Shown here in pieces: positions 1-8,819 of a stretch of DNA of 32,000 bases (the first letter of the stretch is position 1; the number at the start of each line of letters is the position of its first letter). The DNA is from Candidatus Babelota bacterium (lineage in GTDB: Bacteria; Babelota; Babeliae; Babelales; Vermiphilaceae), in the NCBI GenBank assembly GCA_039809905.1, contig JBDHVY010000001.1, positions 660,001-692,000 of the forward strand, in the 5' to 3' direction. The notes below the pieces were generated by a model. The model ran no database searches. It had not been told where the DNA came from and worked only from the letters and a program-made list of their open reading frames with translations. The position numbers and the translations under genes are program-made.

Positions 1-85
1 TATTTGTATATTTTATACGCTTTATATTGTATTTCAGTATGATTAAAGTTGAATAAAAATCAAGTTTGTATAAATTATTTTTATC

Positions 86-2566
86 CTATTCCAATATTAC
101 TTGTGCGTTCCATAATTCATTTTCTTGAACTAACTGAGAGCTTTGTGATTCATATTCGTGGTAGTTAATAGCAAGTGATTGAGTAACTCCGCGAATAAGT
201 TGATCATGTTCAGCCAGTGCATCACTTATGGCGCTATTTCTAGTAAAAATATGCATAGTAGCAATAGGAGTCTTTAAAGATAGCTGTTGTTCTGATTTAA
301 GTTTGCGTACCTGTGTTGCTATTGCAATAACAGAATTCATTACATCTCGCTCATTCTCAAAAATATAAGGAATTTGAATCTCTTGATAACGTGTTTGATG
401 TAATGATGGTATTTGTTCATGATTTTTATAAAGTTCTTGATACAATGCTTCTGTTATGTGTGGTATGTAGGGAGCGTATAATTGCAATATGCGTAATCCT
501 GCATGGTAAAGGGTCCAGCGAGTTGATTCAACTTCATGCATTGCATATTGATCGAGATTAAATAATTGATTTTTAATTAATTCAAGGTAGTTATCGCAAA
601 AATCATTCCAGAAAAATTGTTCAACGGTATCACGTGCAAGGCCATATTCTTGTTGCTCAAAATAATACTGATATTTGGTAAAACATGCAGAGATAGTGTG
701 TAACAACCATTTATTTATAGCTCCGATTTCACTAGGCGTGTGGAGTGATTTATTAAAATTAACTAAATGTGGTTCGGCAAAACGGAATGCGTTCCATAGT
801 TTAGTAATTAATTTTTGTCCAATCAGTAACTGTTCTTCTGAGAACATCATGTCTTGACCAAGTTTACCAGATGCTGTCCAATATCTAATTGCATCAGCAG
901 GATATTTTTCCAATAAGAGCAGAGGGTCCATTGCGGTGCCATCTTTTTTGGATATTTTTCCTTGTCCTTTATCGCTCAGTACGTGGCCTGATATGACAAT
1001 GTCTTTCCATGGTGCTATGCCATGATGCATCCATGTTTTTACAATGGTATCAAACGCCCATGTACGAATAATATCATGTGCTTGTGGGCGCATGTCCATT
1101 CTAACCCCATGTATCACATCGTTCTCCATGGGGACCCCATTAAAGAGAGAAGATGACGGAGAGAGAAGGTTGTAACAGATATACGGAGTTAAAGATGATG
1201 TATTCCATGTATCCATTACATCAGTATCAGGTTTGATATTAGTGCTGCCGCATTTTGTGCATGGCCCATCAAAGGGCGTCTCTTGAGGATCAACAGGTAG
1301 CTGCTCAGGTTGTGCTAATAATATTTCATTGCAATCCTGGCAGTGCCAAGCAGGAAATGGAATTCCATAAAAACGCTGGCGAGAGATTCCCCAATCCCAT
1401 GCAAGATTTTCTACCCAATCGGTGTAGCGAGATTTCATGAATGATGGATGCCAATTAATTTGCTCAGCCATATCTAAAAAATTTTGTTTATAAGGCAAGA
1501 TTTCAATAAACCATTGTGGCAATATGGTAAATTCAATAGGTTTTTTGCAGCGTTCATGAACGTTAACTGAGTGCGAAATTGCTTTTTGAGCCAGAAGAAC
1601 ATTGCTTTCGCGTAATTTTTCAATTACTGTAGCGCGGGCATCAGCTACTTTAAGTCCACTTAAAAAGCCTGCAAGTTCGGTACATTTTCCATCTAAACCG
1701 ATAACGTTTCTGTATGCTAGATTGTGTTTTTTATACCAAATAACATCTGTTTTATCGCCGAAGGTACACACCATTACTAGACCACTTCCCTTTTCAGGAT
1801 CAACAAGTTCATCTTGTAGGAGTGGAACTGATTGACCAAAGAGAGGAACAATCGCTTTTTTACCATATAAATGGCCATAGCGCATATCGCTGGGATTATA
1901 TAAAACAGCAACGCATGCAGGTAATAGTTCCGGACGTGTTGTTGCTATAACAAGGTCATTGCCATCGGAATCTTTAAAAACAATATCGTTAAAAGATGAT
2001 GGAAGCTCTTGATCATCAAGTTCTGCTTGAGCAACGGTAGTGCGGCAGGTGGTGCAATAAAGTGCTGGTTCTTGTTTGCGATAAATATATTGTTTTTTAT
2101 AGAGTTCAATAAATGATTCTTGAGAAATTTTACGTGCTTGATCAGATATTGTTGAATAAGTATAGTTCCAATCAGCAGAAAGACCCATTTTTTGCCATAA
2201 TGTCTTAAATGTATCGGCAGCATTATGTGATTCCTCTATACATAATGCTATAAAATCTGAGCGAGACATTTCATGTCCGCGAACATTACGCTTTTTTTCA
2301 ACATATCGTTCAGTTGGAAGACCGTTATCATCAAAGCCAAAAGGATAAAAAACAGAAAAGCCATTCATGCGCTTATAGCGAGCAATGATATCAGTTTGCG
2401 TGTATGAAAAAATATGACCAATGTGCAATGTACCCGAGACAGTAGGCGGAGGCGTATCTATGCTGAATAAGGCGCCAGGGTTATTTTCGATGGCATATGT
2501 TTGTTCTTTTTGCCATTGCTGTTGGGCAATTGCTTCACATTGTTGATGGTCGTATCTTTTTTCCAT
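86..2566 (-). CDS. valS: Valyl-tRNA synthetase (class I aaRS; resembles the Rickettsiales/archaeal-type ValRS)
   Basis: 826-aa ORF with HIGH motif (SGTLHIGHIFSYTQTD), DDNGLPTERYVEKKR, editing-domain ATTRPELLPACVAV, GxxxxWNxSSLTP-like block (DTWNTSSLTP) and a KMSKS-equivalent (GKISKKDG). Confidence 0.95.
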   Translation of the reverse strand: MEKRYDHQQCEAIAQQQWQKEQTYAIENNPGALFSIDTPPPTVSGTLHIGHIFSYTQTDIIARYKRMNGFSVFYPFGFDDNGLPTERYVEKKRNVRGHEMSRSDFIALCIEESHNAADTFKTLWQKMGLSADWNYTYSTISDQARKISQESFIELYKKQYIYRKQEPALYCTTCRTTVAQAELDDQELPSSFNDIVFKDSDGNDLVIATTRPELLPACVAVLYNPSDMRYGHLYGKKAIVPLFGQSVPLLQDELVDPEKGSGLVMVCTFGDKTDVIWYKKHNLAYRNVIGLDGKCTELAGFLSGLKVADARATVIEKLRESNVLLAQKAISHSVNVHERCKKPIEFTILPQWFIEILPYKQNFLDMAEQINWHPSFMKSRYTDWVENLAWDWGISRQRFYGIPFPAWHCQDCNEILLAQPEQLPVDPQETPFDGPCTKCGSTNIKPDTDVMDTWNTSSLTPYICYNLLSPSSSLFNGVPMENDVIHGVRMDMRPQAHDIIRTWAFDTIVKTWMHHGIAPWKDIVISGHVLSDKGQGKISKKDGTAMDPLLLLEKYPADAIRYWTASGKLGQDMMFSEEQLLIGQKLITKLWNAFRFAEPHLVNFNKSLHTPSEIGAINKWLLHTISACFTKYQYYFEQQEYGLARDTVEQFFWNDFCDNYLELIKNQLFNLDQYAMHEVESTRWTLYHAGLRILQLYAPYIPHITEALYQELYKNHEQIPSLHQTRYQEIQIPYIFENERDVMNSVIAIATQVRKLKSEQQLSLKTPIATMHIFTRNSAISDALAEHDQLIRGVTQSLAINYHEYESQSSQLVQENELWNAQVILE

Positions 2567-2709
2567 GATGACTCTAAGTTATACGGTTTCAATAGGTCAA
2601 TTTCTATCTAAATATACAATGTTTTTGAATAAGCGGCTAGCCAATCTATCATTTTTCTATGAGAGCATTTGCAACAAGCATTAGGTCTTGAATTTGACCC
2701 TGCTCATAA

Positions 2710-2764
2710 ATAGGGATAAACTCATAACATAAATAAAAAATTTGTTTTATGAGTTTATCCCTAT
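2710..2764. repeat. Perfect 18-bp inverted repeat with 19-nt loop between divergent genes
   Basis: atagggataaactcataa (2710-2727) is the exact reverse complement of ttatgagtttatccctat (2747-2764). The right arm abuts the ATG at 2765. Confidence 0.85.
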
Positions 2765-3481
2765 ATGATTACACTACATACAGCCGAAATGTTTATTGGT
2801 ATTATTACTTTTTTTATTGCCTATCTTGTGGTGATTACAATTTCAAATGTATTTCGAGCATGGGTAGCATACGAAGTGGGTGATGATACGGGTGTTCGCT
2901 TAGGATACCTTACTTTAAATCCTATGCATCATATTGATCCAATTGGTCTTTTTTTCTTGTTTATGTTTTATTTTGGATGGGGACGTATGGTTCCAATTAA
3001 TCCGTTACTCATTTCTGAGCCATATCGCACGCTGAAACTAATAGTAGCATATCTTTCTGATTCTTTTATGAATCTTTTGCTGAGCTTATGTGGAATTATA
3101 TTATTGCTGGGCATTTTTGATGCAAATATTATAGGTGCAATGCGTTATATGGTATTGACGTATAATGTCTCTCATTTGGTTATTGCAAATATGTATCCTC
3201 AGGTTTCATCATTTGCTATTTCTCTTGGATTTATAATATTTGCTTTTGTATATCTTAATGTAGTACTTGGAGTATTGCATTTTATTATTAACTTCAGTAA
3301 TTGTTTATTATTTGTTTTGGCAGATCGTTCTTATAAAGTTGCGCAATATGCACAATACATAACAATTGGTTTACCTATTATTCTTATTTTGTTTTTTTCG
3401 CCATTGTTGCGATTGTTATCAGTGCATTTGATTTCGTATCTAGGTCTTATTATTGCCCATGTAATTGGTATAGCTGGATAA
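2765..3481 (+). CDS. M50/site-2-protease-like multi-spanning membrane protein lacking the HExxH motif
   Basis: RAWVAYEVGDDTGVRLGYLTLNPMHHIDPIG...FGWGRMVPINP matches the M50 pattern HAWVAxxLGDxTAxxxGRLTLNPxxHIDPxG...FGWxKPVPxNP. HExxH reads SNVFR and the NxxPxPPLDGG region reads INFSNCLLFVLAD. An in-frame ATG at 2789 is an alternative start. Confidence 0.8.
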   Translation: MITLHTAEMFIGIITFFIAYLVVITISNVFRAWVAYEVGDDTGVRLGYLTLNPMHHIDPIGLFFLFMFYFGWGRMVPINPLLISEPYRTLKLIVAYLSDSFMNLLLSLCGIILLLGIFDANIIGAMRYMVLTYNVSHLVIANMYPQVSSFAISLGFIIFAFVYLNVVLGVLHFIINFSNCLLFVLADRSYKVAQYAQYITIGLPIILILFFSPLLRLLSVHLISYLGLIIAHVIGIAG

Positions 3482-3484
3482 ATT

Positions 3485-4681
3485 ATGATGAATATTGAAA
3501 AAATAATAGAACAACTATCTGCAGGAACAGTTAACATCTATTCTGAAAACGAACTTGTTACTGCAATAAAAAATGAAAAAATACTTACGGTAAAATTAGG
3601 GGCTGATCCTACTGCGCCTGATTTACATTTGGGGCATGCGGTTGTTTTCTCTAAATTAAAACAGTTCCAGGATCTTGGGCACAAAGTGATATTCTTAATC
3701 GGTAATTTTACCGCACAAATTGGTGATCCAACAGGGCGAGATAAAACTCGACCACCGCTAACAGCGCAAGCAATTCAGCATAATTTACAGTCTTATTTTG
3801 ATCAAGTTGGCAGAATTTTAGACTCATCAACAATAACTATCGTATATAATGCAGATTGGTTAAGTACGTTAACGAGTGCTGATCTTGTTGGTTTACTTGC
3901 TAAAGTAACTCTTGCTCGTATTGTTGAACGTGATGATTTTCAAAAACGTATCAAAAATAATGAATCAGTCAGTATGCATGAATTATTATACCCTATTTTT
4001 CAGGCATATGATTCTGTTGTACTGAAAGCTGATGTTGAATTAGGTGGTACTGATCAAACATTCAATCTCTTAATGGGGCGTTTTCTGCAAGAACAATATG
4101 GCCAAAAGGGACAAATTGCCATCACTATGCCATTGCTTGTTGGTTTAGATGGTGTGCATAAAATGTCAAAATCCTTAGGTAATTATGTTGGTTTAAACGA
4201 ACCAGCACATCAAGCTTTTGGAAAATTAATGTCTATGTCAGATCAATTGATGTGGCATTATTTTGAACTGCTGCTTCATAAAACTGCACAAGAAGTTAAA
4301 CAGATGCAAGACGATATCGCCTCTGGCTCTCTACATCCCATGAATATTAAAAAAGATATGGCTCAAGCTATTGTAGCACGTTTTTGGTCTGCTGATGAGG
4401 CAATAGCTGCACGAAATCAATTTGAAGCATTATTTCAGCAGCGTGATTATTCTCAGGCGCAAGATGTGCAGTTGCCAGAAAATACAGCCAATCCACTATG
4501 GATTGTTGAACTGCTCAAGATTTTAGATGCAGTGAAAACGTCTTCTGAAGCTAAACGATTAATTGAATCAGGATCTGTGCATATTGATGATAACATTATT
4601 AATGATTTTAAAGCTATTGTTGCTTACAAATCTGGTTCTATTATCAAAGTTGGCAAACACCGTATTTATAAGATTAAATAA
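3485..4681 (+). CDS. tyrS: Tyrosyl-tRNA synthetase
   Basis: 398 aa; LGADPTAPDLHLGHAVVFSKLKQFQDLGH, GGTDQTFNLLMGR, KMSKS, C-terminal S4-like domain (LIESGSVHIDD). Confidence 0.96.
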   Translation: MMNIEKIIEQLSAGTVNIYSENELVTAIKNEKILTVKLGADPTAPDLHLGHAVVFSKLKQFQDLGHKVIFLIGNFTAQIGDPTGRDKTRPPLTAQAIQHNLQSYFDQVGRILDSSTITIVYNADWLSTLTSADLVGLLAKVTLARIVERDDFQKRIKNNESVSMHELLYPIFQAYDSVVLKADVELGGTDQTFNLLMGRFLQEQYGQKGQIAITMPLLVGLDGVHKMSKSLGNYVGLNEPAHQAFGKLMSMSDQLMWHYFELLLHKTAQEVKQMQDDIASGSLHPMNIKKDMAQAIVARFWSADEAIAARNQFEALFQQRDYSQAQDVQLPENTANPLWIVELLKILDAVKTSSEAKRLIESGSVHIDDNIINDFKAIVAYKSGSIIKVGKHRIYKIK

Positions 4682-4687
4682 TATTAT

Positions 4688-5425
4688 ATGGATGCTATCG
4701 TTAAATCAGGATTTTTACTTGTTAATAAGCCAGTAGGTGTTAGTTCCTACGGTTGTATTGGTCGTATAAAAAAAATTATATACCAAAGTTATCAAGGGTC
4801 AGGTCGTCTCAAAATAAAAATTGGACATGCAGGAACATTGGATCCATTTGCATCAGGCTTGCTAATTGTTGCCATAGGTCGTGAGGCAACACGGCTTATA
4901 TCAAACTTTATGGTTATGGAAAAGACCTATATTGCTACTGGCAAATGCGGCGAACTAACTGATACGCTTGATTGTACAGGAACTATCGTATCTACTGCTG
5001 ATTATATTCCATCGCAAGAAGAAATAAAACAATCATTGGAAAGCTTTGGATCTTCTTATGAACAAATTCCTCCTCTTTATTCTGCGTTAAAGCACCAAGG
5101 AAAACCATTATATGCGCTGACCCGTAATAAAATAATGGATAAACAAGATTTGGAAGAAATAGCAAGCAATAAGCGCAGAACGATTCAAATATATGATAAA
5201 AAGTTTTTATCGTATGATGCTCCTTTTTTTACTATTCAAGTTCGTGTTTCTCATGGTACTTATATCCGCACACTTATCAATGATATTGCCAGTAGAGCTG
5301 GTAGTTGTGCTACAACATATCAACTTTCACGCACTTCCATTGGGCAATTTGATCTTGATCGGGCAATTGACGTATTTCAACTCAATACTATTGATGATCT
5401 TAATCAGAACATTATTTTTATTTAA
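4688..5425 (+). CDS. truB: tRNA pseudouridine(55) synthase TruB
   Basis: 245 aa; KPVGVSSYG, KIGHAGTLDPFASGLLIVAIGREATRL, YIATGKCGELTDTLDCTG, QIPPLYSALKHQGKPLYALTR, SHGTYIRTLINDI. Confidence 0.93.
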   Translation: MDAIVKSGFLLVNKPVGVSSYGCIGRIKKIIYQSYQGSGRLKIKIGHAGTLDPFASGLLIVAIGREATRLISNFMVMEKTYIATGKCGELTDTLDCTGTIVSTADYIPSQEEIKQSLESFGSSYEQIPPLYSALKHQGKPLYALTRNKIMDKQDLEEIASNKRRTIQIYDKKFLSYDAPFFTIQVRVSHGTYIRTLINDIASRAGSCATTYQLSRTSIGQFDLDRAIDVFQLNTIDDLNQNIIFI

Positions 5426-5642
5426 CTCCATGTTTATTATGTTTTGCCTGTAATAATTGTTTTTTTAATCCCATGCTTCATTTCATTGTTCATGGAGCTC
5501 TCCTATTTTGATTGTTTTTCTTATATTATCTCGATAAATCTTGTTATATCCCCTTGTCTTAATTCAATTTATTGAATTCCTGTTTATACTTTGTGTATTA
5601 TAATTCTAGTGGAATATTTTATTTATAGAAGTAAGGAGCTTC

Positions 5643-6059
5643 ATGGCTATATCACGGATAGGTAAAAGCGGATTTTTATTATTGTTAACAGTATCGAATA
5701 TAATGCCTGGATTCAAACGCAGGCCAATGGATGGGAGTAGTACGATGTCTGTGATACAAAAAAATGTGGGGAATAATTTCAAAATGGATATGTATGAAAG
5801 CAATGGCAATATTGTTGTTAAAATGGATCTTCCTGGTATTAAACAGAATGATCTTAGCGTAGAAATAGAGGATGGACAGCTGCATGTTTTTGGCGAACGT
5901 AGAAAAAAAGAAGTGATTAAACAAGAGCATTATTATCACAAAGAAACAGAATATGGTTCGTTTGATCGGCTTATCTCTTTACCAAATGATATTGATAAGA
6001 GTGGTATGACGTATGAAATAGCAGATGGAGTTTTAACAATTGTTATACCAAGAGAGTAA
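5643..6059 (+). CDS. Small heat shock protein, Hsp20/alpha-crystallin family
   Basis: 138 aa; MYESNGNIVVKMDLPGIKQNDLSVEIEDGQLHVFGERR...FDRLISLPNDIDKSGMTYEIADGVLTIVIPR is a typical alpha-crystallin domain. Confidence 0.92.
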   Translation: MAISRIGKSGFLLLLTVSNIMPGFKRRPMDGSSTMSVIQKNVGNNFKMDMYESNGNIVVKMDLPGIKQNDLSVEIEDGQLHVFGERRKKEVIKQEHYYHKETEYGSFDRLISLPNDIDKSGMTYEIADGVLTIVIPRE

Positions 6060-6106
6060 AGATTACGTGGTGGAATAATATTTATATAAAAAAAGGGGGA
6101 TGCGCG

Positions 6107-7480
6107 ATGCTTATTAAGAGAGAAAAAAAAATGTGGGAAAGAGTTATACAAAAAGTAACAAGAACTATTCTACAAGGATTGTATATCGGGTTGTTTGTAT
6201 TTTTATTATTGCCGTCTTTCAAAATTGAAGCCAAAAGTGCTTCACCTGCTTTGCAAGGAGAACTTGCAAAAGCTCCAACTAAATCAGCTGGAATATTAAC
6301 TGATGAATATGTTCAGACAGAAGCGCATTTGCAAGTTGATGAAGTAAAAGAAGAAATGTCAAAAATTAATCTTCGACTTCCTGGTGTTCCATCAAAGCGT
6401 TCACTTAGTCCAAACCAGATGGTTACTCCTTATTTAAATATTATTTCTGCAGTAATTAATAAGGAAGTTGAATTAAAAAATACGCATTATGCCTTTTATA
6501 ATGCAAGTAATAATGAATGGCGCGTTCCACAGGATTTATATAAAAAATTATATATTCACTATAAAAAGCCGGGATCTCAACTTAATGATTTTGCTTTTGT
6601 GCGATTTGGCGGAGCCAAAAGTATAAAGGCGCAAGATTTTTTAAATGAAAATATTGCAAAATGGGGAGGTGTTAATGACAACATCCAGGAAGTCAAAGAA
6701 GTGGTAATGTCAGTTAACCTTGCATTATTTGGTAATGTTGGCTTTCCAGGTGAATGCACATGGAATTATTTTATGGAAGCAAAAAGCCATACAGATCCAT
6801 CCCCTCAGAGATATTATGAAATTGTAAAAGCTTTCGGTGTAACATATGACATAGAATTATTGGCAAAAGAAACAAAATCCTTAGCGGCTATGCTTTATAA
6901 TGCCTCTGAAGAACAAACATTATATCAGTTTTTTGTGCCAATAAATAAAGTTGATGAAGTTGCTTATATTGCATGGGTTCTTGGTTTTCCAGCACATCCC
7001 AAATCAATAGATCTTATGGAACGAGTGATAGGAAAAAAGCCACATATTGGTAAACATACTGTCCCTGCGGTACAAGGTGTAATGAAGCGATTTAAAAAAG
7101 ATAAAGATAATAGTGTTTACAAAGAATTAATCAAACTTGCTGCTGATGGAGAGTTTGGTATGAGTGGTTTCATGGAAGGAATGCGTAATGATCCTTTTTC
7201 AATAGAAAATCTTAATGAAACACAAGGGCGTTTATTGGTAACAAATCCAATGTTTCAAAATCCTTCTTCTGGCGTTAAAGTTTTTACCTATTTTACCACA
7301 CCAAAAAAAATTCAAGAGGATTATAATAGAAAACTTGATGCTTTAGTACAGAAAGTTGTTTCTCAAGAAGCAAGCAAAACAGCACAACAAAAGGCTGCAG
7401 ATCAAGCTAAAAATGAGGCAACTTATCGTAGACTAGAAAAAGAAGCAGCCCAAGCCGCTGCTGCATCAGCAAAAAAATAA
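6107..7480 (+). CDS. Exported protein of unknown function, tandem paralog family copy 1
   Basis: 457 aa; GGGGGA Shine-Dalgarno just upstream; N-terminal hydrophobic signal (TILQGLYIGLFVFLLLPSF). Shares AFYNASNNEWRVPQDLYKKLY, NLALFGNVGFPGECTWNYF and SGVKVFTYFTTPKK blocks with the next two ORFs. K/A/Q-rich C-terminus. Confidence 0.85.
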   Translation: MLIKREKKMWERVIQKVTRTILQGLYIGLFVFLLLPSFKIEAKSASPALQGELAKAPTKSAGILTDEYVQTEAHLQVDEVKEEMSKINLRLPGVPSKRSLSPNQMVTPYLNIISAVINKEVELKNTHYAFYNASNNEWRVPQDLYKKLYIHYKKPGSQLNDFAFVRFGGAKSIKAQDFLNENIAKWGGVNDNIQEVKEVVMSVNLALFGNVGFPGECTWNYFMEAKSHTDPSPQRYYEIVKAFGVTYDIELLAKETKSLAAMLYNASEEQTLYQFFVPINKVDEVAYIAWVLGFPAHPKSIDLMERVIGKKPHIGKHTVPAVQGVMKRFKKDKDNSVYKELIKLAADGEFGMSGFMEGMRNDPFSIENLNETQGRLLVTNPMFQNPSSGVKVFTYFTTPKKIQEDYNRKLDALVQKVVSQEASKTAQQKAADQAKNEATYRRLEKEAAQAAAASAKK

Positions 7481-7509
7481 ATAAAAAAATAAGTAAATAA
7501 AGGGGGGAG

Positions 7510-8757
7510 ATGATAATGCGTATGTTAAAAATGAATGGAACGTGGCTGTTTTTATTGGCTTTGGTTATAGTGCCTTGTCATATGGCATTAGCAAAAGGAG
7601 GAAAGGCAGTTGCAGCAAATCCACAAAATGCACCAATAGCAAAGCCACAAGCTCCTCAGGTAAAACCTGCTGGTAAACCACAGGCACAAGCTCAAGTGCA
7701 ACCTGCTAAATCTGTACCTCTTGTGAAAACGCATGAGAAATACACTCAAACTCAAGCATACTTAATGCGACCTGAGTTGGTAAATCTTGTGACTAAATCG
7801 TATAATGGCAATTTTTCAATTGTAAATCACATGGATGTTGTTTCGCGTGTTATGGCAGCAGAAGCTGAATTACGAGATACCCATTGGGCATTATACCATG
7901 GCGTTACCAATACTTGGACTGTATGGCAAGATACTTACACAGCCTTATTTAATCATTTTAATCCATCTATGGCAAAACAAGGAGATGCTGATTTTATTTA
8001 TTTACGAACAAGAGGTAAGGAAAATATTAAAGCAAAAGATTTTTTGACCGGATCTCTTAAAAACTATGGACTTGTTGATGATACAGGAGCATTAAAAGGC
8101 TTATTATTATCAACGAATATTTTCCTTTTTGGTAATACTCCTGTTAGCGAAGAAAGTACATGGCTATATGTAATGAAAGAATTGTCACATGCCGAACCAG
8201 ATAGAGCAATGTATGAATCAATAATGGATGAGTTTGGATTATCATATCAATACGTTGATGAATTAATGAAGTTGGTAAAATTATTAGAAGCAAAACAACA
8301 GACTTTACTACAAATATTTGTTCCTAAAAATCTTATTGATGATATTGGTTATTTGGCATGGACAAAAGGTATACCTGCTCATCAAGGCTCAATTGATTGG
8401 GTTAAAAAAGTTAAATTTAAAAATAAAGGCAAAGGAATAGGTCGTATACTTTCTGACTTAAAGAATAATTTTAAAAACAAACAAGAAAAAGATCCTTTGT
8501 TTAGAGATATGTTAAAGGATGTAGAAGAAGATGCTTATAGTATTGATGATTATTTGAGCAAGTGTTGTAGTAATCCAGCAAGCGTTCCTAATATGAATGA
8601 AGTTCAAGCGCGACTTATTTTCACTGACGATATTTTATTAAATTCAGCATCTGGAGTAAAAATGTATCGTTATACGGGGGTACCGTATAGAAAAATGAAA
8701 GAGTATAAAAAGCGTTTTGATGCGCTCATAAAAAAAATGGTTGTTTCAAAAAAATAA
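7510..8757 (+). CDS. Exported protein of unknown function, tandem paralog family copy 2
   Basis: 415 aa; signal peptide (TWLFLLALVIVPCHMALA), Q/P/A-rich linker, then ALYHGVTNTWTVWQDTYTALFNHFNPS, NIFLFGNTPVSEESTWLYVMKELSHAEPDR, IPAHQGSIDWV, SGVKMYRYTGVPYRK. Confidence 0.85.
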   Translation: MIMRMLKMNGTWLFLLALVIVPCHMALAKGGKAVAANPQNAPIAKPQAPQVKPAGKPQAQAQVQPAKSVPLVKTHEKYTQTQAYLMRPELVNLVTKSYNGNFSIVNHMDVVSRVMAAEAELRDTHWALYHGVTNTWTVWQDTYTALFNHFNPSMAKQGDADFIYLRTRGKENIKAKDFLTGSLKNYGLVDDTGALKGLLLSTNIFLFGNTPVSEESTWLYVMKELSHAEPDRAMYESIMDEFGLSYQYVDELMKLVKLLEAKQQTLLQIFVPKNLIDDIGYLAWTKGIPAHQGSIDWVKKVKFKNKGKGIGRILSDLKNNFKNKQEKDPLFRDMLKDVEEDAYSIDDYLSKCCSNPASVPNMNEVQARLIFTDDILLNSASGVKMYRYTGVPYRKMKEYKKRFDALIKKMVVSKK

Positions 8758-8764
8758 TGATTTG

Positions 8765-8796
8765 AGGATCTGATGTAAAAATCAGATCCTTTTTTA
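8765..8796 (+). terminator. Rho-independent terminator after paralog 2
   Basis: aggatctgat (8765-8774) pairs with atcagatcct (8781-8790) as a perfect 10-bp stem with a 6-nt loop, followed by a T tract. Confidence 0.85.
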
Positions 8797-8819
8797 TTGT
8801 ATAAAGTGAAAGAAACGCA

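Noticed and set aside
675-1835. Short plus-strand ORFs (675..857, 1255..1440, 1602..1835) and the minus ORF 1945..2223 in the track
   Set aside because: All overlap the intact valS coding sequence (antisense or wrong frame) and show no domain-like composition.
5572-5604. Possible sigma70 promoter upstream of hsp20 (TTGAAT ... TATAAT)
   Set aside because: The TATAAT at 5599-5604 is good, but spacing to TTGAAT is 21 nt, too long; a TSS cannot be supported from sequence alone.
5606-6151. Minus-strand ORFs 5606..5809, 5685..5939 and 5936..6151
   Set aside because: Antisense to the Hsp20 gene; low-complexity Phe/Asn/Ile-rich translations typical of spurious AT-rich ORFs.
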